Notes: generated by a model not told the origin, from the sequence alone. Counted from the stretch's first letter, positions 49,353-63,400 are shown. The stretch: DNA of 64,000 nt from Marsupella aquatica (GCA_973895155.1 OZ316891.1:28941611-29005610), one strand, 5' to 3'. Numbers and translations are program-made.

Positions 49353-52300
49353 AATATAACAAACCTAATTAGACTAAGGTTTTCCTAGTGGCAAATGTAA
49401 GCATACTGTTATGTGTTGATGATAATTGAAATCTTATTTGTTATAATTATGTGGGTCATTTTGTTCAGGATAATTTAGTCATGGTCAACATAGTCGTCAG
49501 TGTACTTAATATGGAGTGGTGCCTCCATGAAAGACCTTGGCTAACATACTTCATGTGAGTATATGCAATCATATTAGTTGATTGAAATAGGTTTCATTTT
49601 GCTGTAAAATGGTTGTCATTGTGTACCTCTAAAATGGTTGTCATTGTTGTAGGGGTGATTCTCTGGAGGAGGGCCGAGACCTGACTAGAAAAAGGATGAC
49701 CTAACACCAGTAGTATTGGGCTTTCTTTTAGGGCTAGCAAGTGGGGACTCAAGGCAAGAGATATGGATGGAGCTTTTGACTTTCATATGACAGCTAAACA
49801 AAACATTGAAATTTTTATTTTGTCTTTTTGGTCTTCTTTTTTGAGTGATGTTGTAACTATGAAGGTGCTTATTGTGGTCAAACAAATGTGAAGGTGTTTA
49901 TTGTGGTCAAACAATATTTCACAGTGCCATTTCAGAGACTACAATGAGCCAAATTTTCAGAGTGCCATTTCAGAGACTCCAATGAGCCATAACTACAAGG
50001 AAGAATGCAATTTGAACATGAAACACTTAGTGTTTGGTGATAAAAAGTAAATATTTGGTCACGCATAGTATTTCAGACAGAGTAGAGTTGCAAAAATAGT
50101 GAGTTGAGGCGGACCTTTTTTTATGCTGGAACATGTACTACCAACTTTTGAGAGGGGCAATGGGAAGGAAGAAATGAAGGCAATATACAAGGGAGAATGT
50201 AAACAAGATGGAACAAAGTGTTTCTAATGCAAATTTATTTTTGTGTTGCTATAACATGTACTCCCAATTAGGGGAATTGAACCCTTTATGCTCCCAAGAG
50301 CAAGAGTTGTATTGAGCTGCAAAAAAGCTTATTAGTCTTGTAAAACATATCAAACAAAATATGAATTACAACAAATCCTCTGTATTCCTAATTTGAAAGG
50401 AATCCTACAAATTTTTCTCCTTCTTTATGCCAAGTGCCTTCACAGGAGCTTCAACAGCTTCAGGAAACTTGGGTCTCTCACCAACCCTGCTACATAGGCC
50501 AAGTTAGTGTACACTTGAAATCTCTCCCTTTTCATGACAATTTCAGCAAGTTCTATGCGGCACACATGATCAACTCTTCAATGGGGACAACAGGATTGAG
50601 ATCACTACGACACTCTGTAATTGCAGAACAAAAATCTGGAAAATCAATGCAGATCGTTTCTAACGTGACAGTTTGGACTGTGGGTGGAGCATCCTTGACA
50701 TCATTGGGATCCTAACACGTTCAATTGTAGGTCCCATCGCCATGTTCAGTCAACACGACTCTCAACTTTCTTATTGGTGCCATATTCTAGAGACAAAAGC
50801 AATCACATTGACATCACGTATTCTGCTCTTGCCCAGCATTGGTAAAAAGTATACGTTGAACGATCAACCTACCAACAGAGATTGGTCTTGAGAAAGAAAG
50901 ACTGCAATCACATTTCTGCCAACTTAGACATGGTACATGCAATATAGTACATTGTTGGAAACAAGCCCCATAATAAAAAGGGTTCAGAACTCCAAACAAA
51001 GACTTTGTTTATTCACAACAAGCTCTTTTCCTCGAAAAGGAGACATAGAAGTTGAACTTCACTGGGATTGAGTTTAGCACATTCAACTTGGAGGAAAGTC
51101 TTGACAAAAATTGGAATTCTCAAGCGAAACTCCTTGCAACACTCGTGGCTCGGGGGGGTCACTTCCATGGAAGTGGCATATCACATGCGATGAAGTATAG
51201 GGCCATTTAAATGGTTTTGGCAGAAGACTTATTAAGTCTTCAATGGAAACATAGGGTTGTTTAATTGCAAAATGCATACGTGTCATCACATGATTGGTGT
51301 CATACAACTTTATAGAAAGAGACTTAGGAGGGTCATAAATGACCCAAGCTGTCGCACGTGATGTATGACCCTTCATATAGTGACCTTCTTGAGATTCGTG
51401 GCTCACAGGCTCTGACAAATCCTTGCAGCAGCCTCACAGCAAAAATCACAGCATGAAGAGCAAAACTCCTTGTAGCACTTGCAATTAAAATCCCACCAAT
51501 AGTAGAGGGAAATGCAGAGTAGAAATTGCAACACACCAATCTGAAATACTCACAGTGGAATTGGAACAACAACAAAGAGAAATCCAATGGAGAAATTGCA
51601 GCATAGATATCAAAAATCCCCATAGTAGAAATCACAAAAATCTAAGCAACTACAGTTGCAACAATTGGCATTGAAATACTTTGGGTGACCCGGAGTGTTA
51701 ATTTCGGAATCAAGAGTTTGCGAGAGACGGAGATACGGCGCCTAACCAATCACGTGAGATGGCGGAGCAAACAACTACCTTTAGCTATGTTAGCGAGGTT
51801 GAGCAATGGCAGCTCAAGCTTCAAGTGGAGGAGTAAAAAACAACGAGTGCCAATCGAGATGCGCCAGCTTGAATAGAGATCAGTGCAACTCAAGATCGCT
51901 TTAGGTATGAGGGCAAGGACAAATGATGGCAAGATGAGCAACGAGGTTGAGCTATGGGCAGGAGCAAGGTAGAGCCATAACAATAGCAAGCTGGGAGGTT
52001 GGTGATGGTAGCATGAGGTCCTGGGAGGCTGGCTATGGCAGCTTGAGGTCTTGGGTGCAGGGAGGCCCAAGTCGAGGCGCAACAGTTGGAGAAAGTTGTG
52101 TACTTTCCCTCTAGGACCAGTGGGGAGCTCCGATTGGGAGCCAGGTAGGTGGACCCTCCAGTAGTCAGTAAGAGCATGTTGGCTCTTATGAAGTCAACCT
52201 TGCATGCCCGTAAGTTCTACACTAAAACCAAAATGATAACTCTTGTAAAAGAGGTAGTGGGTATTACAAAAGATTCAGGTGAAACTAATATATTATTAAA

Positions 52301-52977
52301 TCTTACTTCACCATACTTGCGAATTAACACATCTCAAAAACTAAATTTTTCTACGACATACGATCCTAATATCTCAAAGAGAAAATGAAATAGAAATGTC
52401 ATGTGGACTCCTATTTAGATCCATGATTTCAATAAAGGACAAAAATAATGCACTCCCCCTCCTCTCGGTAAAATACTACTTGGTATACTATTGGCTCATT
52501 AGAACTGATAACAACAGTTGCAAATTGAGCTTCAAAGTGATAAATTAAATGTTGCATCATGGATGGTTTGTCTAAAAGATAAACTCTAACCAAAAATGAG
52601 ATACAAAAGGGAAGATTAGGGATATCTCTTCATCCTGGATTCATAATGACTCTTTTATTCCTTTGCTATCTGGGCCAAAGGATGCCTTACCCCTAAGTTT
52701 CCAAAGAGACCTTGTTCCCTAAAGTCACATCTATAAGTCTACCACTCATTCTTTTGCTATCCGGGCCAAATGATGTCTCACTACTATGTACATAAGGCAA
52801 ATAATAGAATAGAAAGATGAGAGAAGAAAAGAGAATCGCTTCGACACAAAAAATATCAAAATATGGGAATGAGAAGAGAGTGTTATCGTGAAGATTCTTT
52901 GTTTAGTAAGTTTCTTCTAAGTATAGCTTAGTAGTATATGATAGTAGTTTGAATTCTCGCATTATATGTAGTCTATA

Positions 52978-53201
52978 GTGTGCATGCTACAGTGCACGAC
53001 CTACAGTGTGCATACTACAATGTACGATCTACAGTGTGCATGCTACAGTGTACGGTCTATAGAGTGCATGCTACAATACACGGTGTATAATATGCATGCT
53101 ACAATGCAAGACCTACAGTGTGCATGCTACACTGTACGATCTACAATATGTCTGCTACAGTATATGATCTATAGTGTGCATGCTATAGTGTACTGCCTAC
53201 A
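52978..53201. repeat. Minisatellite, 8 x 28 bp (14-bp sub-period)
   Basis: Consensus GTGTGCATGCTACAGTGTACGATCTACA. Confidence 0.9.
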
Positions 53202-54899
53202 GTTGCTCCACTCATGTAACTACAATACTAGCACACTTACTTGTCTTGGATGTGTGACACATGGCTTCCATCCGTGTGTCATACTTGATCCGTGTGTTTG
53301 AGGTGTGAGCACTATAAATAAAAGGAGAGAGACTCTCTCCCCTTACTCCCCATTTTTCATCAACTAAGTTGTGAAGCCTTTAGAATCCATTGGACTTGAT
53401 GATCTCTTCAATGAATATAACCCATATGAAATAGACCCACTCATGCACTCTTGCTTAGAGCTTCAACTCGACCAGAGATATTTTGTATGAGTTGGACCTT
53501 TAAAAAGTGTTATCATTTGATGATGGTTATTAAGTTCTAAAGAGTTTGAAAGTGCTCAACAATGCCTTAACATCATATACTTCTTTTGGGTGAAATCCTT
53601 ATGAAGTAGACCCACGCATGCATGATGGCGTGGAGTTTAACTCAGTCAATGGTAATTTGTATGCGTTGGACCTTCAGATAGTATTTTCATTCAAAAGAAG
53701 ATAAACTTATTAAGATAAATATTTGCATGTATATATTTAGACTTAACTCAATGCATAGTATTTGATTGAAATGAATGATCTTTTCATTGAATGATTCTAT
53801 ATCTTGTCATAAGAATAAATATTAGTTGGATGGAATATTTGATAGTACGATAATGCCCAGACCAGTACCTGTTCTTTCTCTCCCTAATCTTTTTTTTATT
53901 AGAATTCATGTACTCCAAAAAAAGATAATGCGTCAACGTATGACTTTTCACGTTGGAAAAGCTTTTGTAACTACGGTGTTAAATTTAATAGAGTCAATTA
54001 TATACCCTTATATAGTTTATGGGCAGCATTGGGCTTGCACAATTTTTATCTTGTATTGAGATGGATCTCAACAAACCTCCCTCCGATGAACCTCCCGTTT
54101 TGTTGGGAGATATTTATTTTGTAACTCGACCCAAGATAGCTGCCAAAGAGGTAATAGTCTGTAGATATGGAGAAAAGGGTTATGATGTTGTGCTTTCATC
54201 CACAAAACCATTCCTTGTGGTGTCTGCTACCCAGTCTAGAATAGTAATCATGATCTTAATTTAAGTTCACTCTTGACACTAGCAGTCATAGGCCCGGTGC
54301 TTCCTCAAGAATCACATTTCCCCCCCAGACAGTGTCCCTCATCACTTCATTTATATTGAATCCAAGAGGGCATAGATTACGCCCAAACGCTTGGATGAAA
54401 GTCAAGTGACATACATCCAATATAGGAAGGTATGCTAGTTCTATTGCAATCAAAATAAATGATGCGTGCAAGTAAAACAACCAATGTATGCACTTAAAAT
54501 ATTTTGTTCACCTTGCATGCGCATAAAATAACTTGTGTATACACCTTGTGGCTTGCACATTTGCTCACCTTGTATGCACATAAAACAACTAATGCATGCA
54601 AATAAAACATTTTACATGTATTTAAAATAATTTGTGTTTGCACCTTGTGGCTTGCATATTGTTTCACCTTGCATACACATAAAACAAAGTCTAATGAATT
54701 CAAATAAAACAATTTGTGCATGCATCTTGTGGTTTGCATAGTTGCTTACCTTGCATGCACATAAGTAATAATCAAACTGTTTAGTTACCCTATAACAAAA
54801 TATAAACCTAACCTATATACTAAATAATATATGGAGTGATAATAATTTTATCATGAATAATTGAATTATCACGACATATCATCCCTACCAAATATGTAC

Positions 54900-55600
54900 A
54901 ACCTCCGGATGCACCACACCTACAGATCGTGATAATCTTCATCCTCATCCAAAGCTTCAAAGTCATCTGGTTCAAATTGTTCCTCTTCTACCATAAAGTG
55001 AGTTCGCCGCTTGAACACTTTCACTCATTTTCCTTCATAGGGAGTGCGATGAATTGCTCCATCCAGTTCTCTAACCAAGTAGGTTGCATTAGGGTTGACC
55101 TTTTCAACAACAAATGGTTCTTTCCAACAACGTGCAAACTTTTTTAAGGTAGAATATTGTTGCTCGAGTCTTCCTTCATAGATCAATACCCAATCTCCAC
55201 TCTGGATTGGAATTGGCCTCAGACGATAAGTCAGTCAAATCGCTCCTTATTTTTCTCACAAGCCTCCTTTAGCCTTAGTAAAGACTCCTCAATTTTCTCC
55301 TTGGTCTGGCTAAAGTGCTCAATTCTTTGTTTCAATAATTCATCTCGAGTGATGTCATCTTCCCAATCAATTGTTCTCCAACTTTGAATATTTCTCTTCA
55401 ATCTGCATCAAAGGTAAATGTCCACAGACCAATTTGGCAGGTGCAAATTCTATTGTGGAAGTGCATATCATCCGATCTGCTAAAAAAGCAAATGGTAAAA
55501 GGTTTGGTCACATCGATACTTTTCCTTGGCAAGATTTTACCAAGGCATTTACAATCGGTGGGTGTTCTTTTATTTGTAAAAGCATGACTATAGTTTGATG
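54900..55600 (-). mobile_element. Ty3/Gypsy integrase C-terminal remnant
   Basis: HPPIVNALVK...PNLLPFAFLADR...GDWVLIY...KKFARCWKEPFVV..VNPNATYLVRELDG..KVFKRR is the GPY/F module region, with stops and frameshifts. Confidence 0.8.
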
Positions 55601-58229
55601 TTAAATATGTCTACATCCTCGTGGTACAATGAATCTTCATGGAACTTGATTGCCTGAGCATGCTATTCAAAAGTGCGTAAAATACAACTATGAGAGATTA
55701 TATTTTTATCAATCCATTATATTTTATCATGCAATTTTTCCACAATAGGTACAAATTAGTGTGATCCACATAAAATACAAAATTTAGTTGCTAGCTCATC
55801 AAGTTTTTCACAAAAAAATTCTATTTGTAACATTTCTTCTTCCATTAATTTTGATGACACTAACCCCTTTATTTGAGTAAGCAAAACACTCTGAATGTCA
55901 CTCTTGTAAAAAAATAGAATTATAATTAATTTAATAGAATTGATTTAATAGCTCTTAGGAATTGACTTAAGTTTTTTACTATAGTTGTTTGACCTTACTA
56001 TGATTAGTTAATCTTCGCTCAGATTAGGATAAGATTTACGTTGATGAGGCCCACACATCTAAGGTATATATAGGTTGGAAGAAAAACATTATCTCTCTCG
56101 TAATTATTAGACGTATTTTAATATGCTCTGGATCTTTCATGAATTTTGCTCACTTCTAATATCTTGTCTGTGTTGCATTTGATTAAGGAGAAATTTGCTT
56201 AATTGACCCTCTCTTGCAAAAATTTTACTTAATTGACCCCCTCCTAACTTTTTCCCTAATCAATCCCCTCTTTATGATCCGTACGGTCGGTTCTTCTAAA
56301 CCAAAAACTGCATAGTTATCCCACCATAGGCGACCATATCATTACGCAATTTTGTGGCGTGTTTTACCATGTTATCGCCATTACAGTTGAAGCACAGTCA
56401 GAGCGCAAACACAGTTTAGGGTTATTAACAAAATCCAGAAATGTCATCTAGAGAAGACATTATGGATTTAAGTGCATTCACGTCTTGTTTTTTAGTTTAG
56501 ATCTGGTCTAACGTTGTAGGATTGTCTCACAGTGCGTTGTTTTGTCATGCAATGTGAGCTTTTCTTCATAGAGGGCGTGACGATGGCGTGCTGAGGATTC
56601 AGAAGTTGGGAGGCAATGCGACAAGGCAGTGCAGGAGTGAAATTCTTTGTACACACACTATAGCTGCTCACTTGGAGTGGACTCTACTATGTCTCTTTCA
56701 TTTTGTCAAAAGTCTACGTAAACATCGTTTGTTTGTCTAGCTTCGGCAGTGAGCTAGCCCTAGCTTTTGTTCTTGGTGACAAGGTTATGTGAGCTACAAG
56801 GAGCTCTTCTTCATGGTGATGTGTTACAACTTAAGAGCTTCAAGGTTAATGGTGTTGCTACACTCACATTGGACATTACCGCGGTCGATGAGGCAATGAA
56901 AGCCTATGCCAAGAAGAGTTGAGGAGGTGTTGGTTATGTGTTGCTGGTTCAATCCTCTTGCCTTCTTTATGCACTGAACAACACCTCTCTTTGTATCACT
57001 CATTGGTAGAGGCTGAGGAGACATTTTTTAAAGGGGGAGGTTTAGCACATCAATCACCTTTCAGGTCTGTCTGATCATGATTCAATTCTATTTGTTAGCC
57101 ATAGATGATGTCTGAGCGCTCACGGTCTTCCACGTTGAATTGTGGTCGAGTTCTACACTTGCTTCATCTGCAACAGGTGTGTTCCAAATTTGCCTGCATT
57201 GATGTCTTTCATTTCGTTTGCATGATTGTTGTCAATAGTTTACATTGGTGTCTTTTAGTTTTTGTGCATGTTTTGAATACCTTTACATCACTATAGGAAC
57301 TCTTCCCAATGCTTTCATATTGCATTTGCTGTGTAGTCTAAGCCAATAGTTCTCTACAATAGCCTAACTGTATATACCAAAACATAAATTATCCTATTCA
57401 GTTTCTCTTTCTATCTTGTCCATGAATATGCACTACATATTTAATGACAAGCACTACGCTCTCACACAAACGCACAAAACAACTTTCAATTGTTTTTGAA
57501 TTTGCTTTCATCAACCAATTTCAATGCTTGTGACAAAATTAGCATCCTAGATATATTTATAGTATACTTTGTCTTTGTTTAAATATTTTCCAATCAAACG
57601 TACTTCCACTTTTGACCACAATGTGTTTTTTTGTGATAGACAAATAAATTCAACATTTAAGTAAGAGAAATGATGATTTACCAACACTTCAATATTATCA
57701 ACAAGTGCAAATAGAATGATCGGCTGCACAATTCTTTGCGTTTTATTTGCAGATGATTATATTATGTAAAATTAGCCATATACCTATGACAAAAGATGTT
57801 AATGAGAAATCAAAAACATGAGATAATGGCCACCATATCATAGAGTCCAAACACAATCGAGTGGAGGGAAAAAACTTGTTTGTTTATTTAAATTTATTAG
57901 AGAAATAGATATACTTAAAATTATTATAGTATTATGATAATACTTAAAGTTATACTTTAAAAAATAGCTTGAAAAGCTAGAATTAAATTCTTTAAATTTT
58001 AAATTAATGTTTCATCTCGGTCAGTTTTGGGTAAACTACGATAAGCTTTGGCAAAGCCAATCAAGATTAAAAGGTGTATGGATGGATCTCACCGTGCTAG
58101 GAAAACAAAGTTTCAATAACGACCTATATTTGGTTCACAATATTGAGTTTGTAAAGGGAAGTACAATTTTTGGTTGGATAAAATATGATCTAGTGATAAA
58201 TATACTATGAGATGTCATATGGACTATAT

Positions 58230-58470
58230 ATTTCTATAATAGTACCAAGTGAAGCCTATTCTTAAGGGCCTAGGTCTAGAGTGAAGCCTCTAGACAATAA
58301 GTCACAATATATACAAAAATGAGGTTCAACAAGGTGAAAGTTTTTAAATTATGATAGACCATATTGAATATTATTCTTAATTTTCTTTTGTATTGGGAGC
58401 TAGTATCGATAGGCTTCACTCTAGACCTAGGCCATTAGGAGGAGGCTTTAGTTGGCTCTTTTATAATTAG
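58230..58470. mobile_element. Small fold-back / MITE-like inverted repeat
   Basis: AAGCCT..CTTAA.GGCCTAGGTCTAGAGTGAAGCCT (58252-58289) is inverted as AGGCTTCACTCTAGACCTAGGCCATTAGGAGGAGGCTT (58411-58448). Weaker pairing extends on both sides. Confidence 0.7.
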
Positions 58471-58559
58471 ATGACTCTAAGAGTATTGACTGTGTAATAT
58501 TTACTATCCGTGGATTCTAAAGTGAAATATCTTTGATACTCATGCATTGATAGAGGCAA

Positions 58560-59610
58560 TAGACAAACTTTTTATAGAAAAAGTGCCAAACAGAGTACAA
58601 AAGAATAAACAGAAGAGATCCCAAGTGGGATAAAACCAAACGCAAACAAAGTGAGCAAAAAGGAAACCTCTAAAACCAAGAAAGAGGAACTAAAAAAACA
58701 TATCGCAAATGGACCAAAGTCCTCATCATTCATAGCAAATGTGGCAAAAAGCTAATGGTCCACATCCAATGTCAAAACTAAATCGGCAAGTGGGACTGGA
58801 ATGTACTCTAGGGGGGCTAGCCATTGCGGAGGCACACTAGCACCCACTTTCAAAGAGCGATGATAGATGGCCCGAGCTTGAGCATGCCGTAAGGTAACTG
58901 AAATGCGTTGGCAAAAGTGTGTGGTCAAAACAGATAGCGGGGGTCCGATGGGACCCATTCGGCCATGAAAATCCTGAGGAGCTTGTCGAAGAAGCCCGTC
59001 AAACTGATGATGGAGATGCCCAAATATCTCAACAACAAAGGGGAGGAAGCCCCCTAGAGGACATTGCAGCATATTTGGCCTCCTTCGTTGTTGCCGCTCG
59101 TGATGTTGCTGCCCCTGCCGTTGTTGCCGCTGTCTCAATGATGTCTTGACGCAATGGGTTTGCCACCACGACATCTGCCAAAGTACATTGATCCTCACGG
59201 ACCATGGTAAGATCCACCCGTAACCGTTGTGATGGAGGGTCAGGTAACTTGAGCACCACCTCAAGACGCACGCTAACCAAAGAGCCAGAGAGAACCTGAG
59301 CAGTCGCATCTCTCACGGCTTCATGAACAAAAATGGTTTCACCTCCCAAATTGCACCGAAGAAGATGGACATCTGTGGCATCACAAGGCTTCCCACAAGT
59401 GCAAGAAAGAGGTAAACCAACAAGAAGTGGGTGAGATAGCCCCATACGAAGACGCATGGTTGTCGAGAACTCCACAGAAGACATCCGCATATGAGGAATG
59501 ATTGGATTGGCCTGAAGCCAGCCTCCTGTGCCCTTCCCTCCGGAAGACGGACTGTTGTGATGGGACCCAAAAATGGCTCCAAATTGTAATAGCGCACAGT
59601 ATATCAAACC
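58560..59610 (-). mobile_element. 5'-truncated CRE-like non-LTR retrotransposon with restriction-like endonuclease (RLE)
   Basis: GGWLQANP...MRLRMG...CTCG..D...HLLRC (CCHC) ...VHEAVRD...RVDL...ADVVVANP...KEAKY / FLPFVVEIFG...RISVTLRHAQARAI. One frameshift near 59055, stop at 58752, then a T-rich 3' UTR. Confidence 0.85.
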
Positions 59611-59688
59611 ATATTGTTGAGCTTATTGTGATCACACGCATGGGAAACCAATTAGGACAATCAAACCAACAAGGCTTTGATTCCTAGA

Positions 59689-60510
59689 GTTTTGCCATGG
59701 TTCTCCTCGGATTTGATTTTGACTTTCTTGTTCGGTTTCGGCATGGTGATTCTTTGTGTCAGTTTTGGGACCCTATCTCCCTCAATTTTACTTGGAATCC
59801 GGATCTGTCAACTGATTTGGAAAGCTCTTCTCGAGGCTCTTCAAATCAATCCCAAGATTAGCCCAAATGGTTGACTTTTGCCACAATTCACCTCGGATTT
59901 GATTTTGACTTTCTTCTTTGGTTTCGGAAGGGTGATTTTTTGTCACAATTTCAGGACCATATCTCCTTCAATTTTACTCAAAATCCGGATCTGTCAACTG
60001 ATTCGGAAAGCTCTTCTTGCGGTGCTTCAAATCAATCCCAAGATCAGCCCAAACAGTTGAGTTTTGCCACGGTTTTCCTCGGATTTGATTTTGACTTTCT
60101 TCTTCGGTTTCGGTAGGGTGATTTTCCATGACAGATTTGGGACCATATCTCCCTCAATTTTACTCAGAATCTGGATCTGTCAACTGATTCGGAAAGCTCT
60201 TCTTGAGGCGCTTCAAATCAATCCCAAGATCAGCCCAAACGATCAAGTTTTGCCACGATCCTTGGATTTGATTTCAACTTTCTTGTTCGATTTTGGTAGG
60301 GTGATTTTTCATGACAGTTTCGGGACCATATCAATTTTACTCAGAATCCGGTTCTGTCAACTGATTTGGAAAGATCTTCTTGAGGCGCTTCAAATCAATC
60401 CCAAGATCAACCCAAACGATTGAGTTTCGCCATGGTTCTCCTTAGCTTTGATTTCAACTTTCTTTTTTGATTTTGGCAGGTTGACTTTTTGTCGAGTTTC
60501 ATGGACCATT
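59689..60510. repeat. Tandem array of ~186-bp units (about 4.5 copies)
   Basis: TTTTGCCA..GTT.TCCTCGGATTTGATTTTGACTTTC...TCAAATCAATCCCAAGAT.AGCCCAAA..GTTGA starts at ~59689, 59875, 60061, 60247 and ~60424. Confidence 0.92.
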
Positions 60511-61149
60511 TTGCATTCCAACATCTTCGGGAGCTATAGCAGTATGCTCAAGTTAGTAGATGGATACTCACTCGCACCGACTCCCTAGCGGACACATCAA
60601 GGAGCCTCCGCAAGATATTTGATAGAGGTTGTCTCCATTTCCTTTGCCTTTTGGATCACTTTTTGCTTGGAAACAATGAGTTACATTGTTATTCACATTA
60701 AATTTAATCTTTTGTTTTATTTATTTATTATTTTTGGGTAGTTTGTTTCAATGTTTGACATTCTAGGGGCACTACAAATTTGAATGACAACCATTCAATG
60801 TTATGTTTGTTTGTTTTTTAATTTTTGTTAGATTCTTTCATGTTTGTCATTCTAGGGGCAGTGTAAGCTTGCATTATAGATTTTGATATTGTTGCACCTA
60901 TAAGCAATTACCACCAATTTCAATAGACCAGGGTTTTAATTAACAATAGTTTATGAAGAGCGAACAAATATTTTTTTTGGTCTTTTTTAATTTTGTTAGA
61001 TTATTTCATGTTTGTCATTCTTGGGGCAGCGTAACCTTGTTAGTATTATAGATTTTGATATTGTTGCCTTTATAAGCAGTTACCATCATTTTCAATAGAC
61101 CATGCTTTTAAATAGCAATACTTTATCAAGAACTAATAGTAGCCTCCAC

Positions 61150-62560
61150 GGATGAGCCCCCTTGCTTCTATTTTGTAATTGTAAGAGCGAAGCGCTATAG
61201 AGAAGCAATGCCTTCGTTGCTACTGGAAGATGGGACCACGCTTGTACATTGGAGAAGGACTTTTTGCTAGAGGTTGAGAAACAATGTTCTTTGCTCTTTG
61301 CTCCCAAGGAATTAACTAAAGTTGAAGCCTGGGCTGTTAGGGAGGCACGTCATGGGCTCGTAGGACATACAAGGAAGACTTTGACTGATGTAGAGATGAA
61401 TATTCTGGAGGCCCTTCCACTACTTAAAGAGGTGGACGTGACTATTTGGTTGTTACCTGCAGATAAGGCCGTAGTTAGACCTGGTAAGAAGCATGAGAAT
61501 GTAGACTTCTTCTCAAGGATCGAAGGATAAGAGGAGTTGAAGGAGGTGGAGGATAAGTTTCCAGATGAACACCTCTTTCATGTGGGAAGTGGAGAGGATA
61601 CATGGTACTTGGATAACATCCAATTCCTTCTCACAAACAGGCTACCATGCGATTTGAACCAAGAGGAGGCTGCTATTTTCCTGAGAAAAATCAGACCTTA
61701 CTTATTGATGAAGGGTGTTCTTCACAAGAAAGGAGTTGATGGGAGACTAAGGAGGTGTTTGGAAAAGAAGGAAATCTCCATTGTGATGAGAGTTATGCAT
61801 GAGGAGGAGGCTGGTGGCCATTATGCGAGTGGAACAACAACAAGAAAGATACTTGATGCACAATATTGGTGGCCAACACTTCATAAGGATGTAAGTCTTT
61901 TTGGGAGGGGATGTGACCCTTGCCAAAGGACAGGTAAACCAGTTCACTCCAAGGATCACCCTCTTACCACCATTTTACCTCTTGCACCTCTTGAGAAATG
62001 GGGTATAGATTTCATAGGTCCCATCACTTTGGTGACCGAGTCTAGAAGGAACTGATACATCCTTCTTGCAACTGATTATGCTACTAAGTGGGTAGAGGCC
62101 AGATTAACAAGCAAGGATAATGCTCTCACAGTAGCAAGGTTCATGTATTTATCAATAGATTTTTACCAGATTTGGGCCACCTCTAGAATTGGTTTGTGAT
62201 GGGGGACTCACTTCTTGAATGAGGTAGTGGAGGAGCTCACTAATCACTACTTGATTAAGCATACTTAGGAAGACTACTCCCTATCAACCCAAGGCAAAGG
62301 ATTAACTGAGAGGGCTAATGACATCATTGGCAAGATCTTGAACAAAACTGTGGCGACACAAAAGACTGATTGGGATGACAAATTATACTTAGCTGTGTAC
62401 TCCTACAATCTTGCTTTCAAGACCACAACAGGCCATAGTCCTTTCTACCTAGTTTTTGGATAGTACTCACTTGTACCTGTTGAGTTTGAAGTGCCTACTT
62501 TAAGGGTGATTGTGGAGGAGAGAATGGAGGCCTCCTAGAGTTTGATGGAGAGAGCTTACC
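61150..62560 (+). mobile_element. Ty3/Gypsy pol remnant (end of RNase H + integrase)
   Basis: VRPGKKHENVDFFSR; HHCC motif MHEEEAGGHY...YWWPTL..CDPCQRTG; DDE core WGIDFIG, ATDYATKWVEA, CDGGTHF, GLTERAN. Stops and frameshifts are present. Confidence 0.93.
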
Positions 62561-62599
62561 AGCTAGAGGCGCCAACTACATATGCAAACTTGCCAATAT

Positions 62600-63400
62600 T
62601 GTCAATACATGGTACATTTACAATGCACTTGACATTGTACGTTTTCAAGGGATTTTGTCGCCAAGTGTGTCGTTTTGATACCGTGAAAGATTGCATCCCA
62701 AAATTGGACAAACAGGAAGATTTGCATACTCCTTTCTGTACAAGACACCCCCTCTTGGGCAAGCATATATGGTCTCCAAAGTCAGCCCTATTGATGAGAG
62801 AAATTTCTTGGCTTCTCTCACACCTTGGGGCAAAGTATTTGGTTGTGGCAATAGCTTCCAAAGTAACTCAAACAATGCATTTGTGTGAACATCCGAGGAA
62901 TTGAACATCCCTTGCAAATTTGACACCAATAAAGTGGCAGCCATCCTGCACAACAAGTTTACCCATGCATGAAGACAACTTAACTATGAACACAATCACG
63001 GGCTGCCAAGATAGGACGAAGGTGTGGTGTGCTTACCGTGATGACTCTGATCCCTCAAACAACGGAGTTCTTGCTTCTTTCTCAAGTTTGTTCCAATCGG
63101 GGTTGACATTGTCTGAGCCATCATGTGGACCAAAATGGTTGTCTACCAAGTGGGCAAATGCATCTTCCTCCAAAATTGGGTTTTCATCTTCCACATTTTC
63201 ATCCCCAGAAATCTGCTCATGGTGAAAAGGGGATCCATCCGTGTCACAATAGGATGATGTATACTCAGACGGATCTGAATCCTCCTCATTGTGCCTTTTG
63301 TAAAGTGCACGGACAGGAGTCATCATTGAAGTATGAGGCGTGGGAGTCATGGTGGAGTTCTGCTACATACATGACATTAAGTGAACATTAGCACAACATA
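62600..63400 (-). mobile_element. CACTA (En/Spm) transposase N-terminal remnant
   Basis: ARTPLFEGS...ALFELLWKLLPQPNTLP...AKKFLSSIGL..ETIYACPRGGVLYRKEYANLPVCP..C..SRY matches the IHACPNDCILYR..Y..L..CP.CG.SRY signature of TnpD-like proteins. Confidence 0.88.

Noticed and set aside
52978-53301. 107-aa Cys/Tyr-rich ORF
   Set aside because: Translation of the 28-bp minisatellite.
59677-60423. Repeated hydrophobic short ORFs
   Set aside because: Products of the 186-bp tandem array, interrupted by stops.
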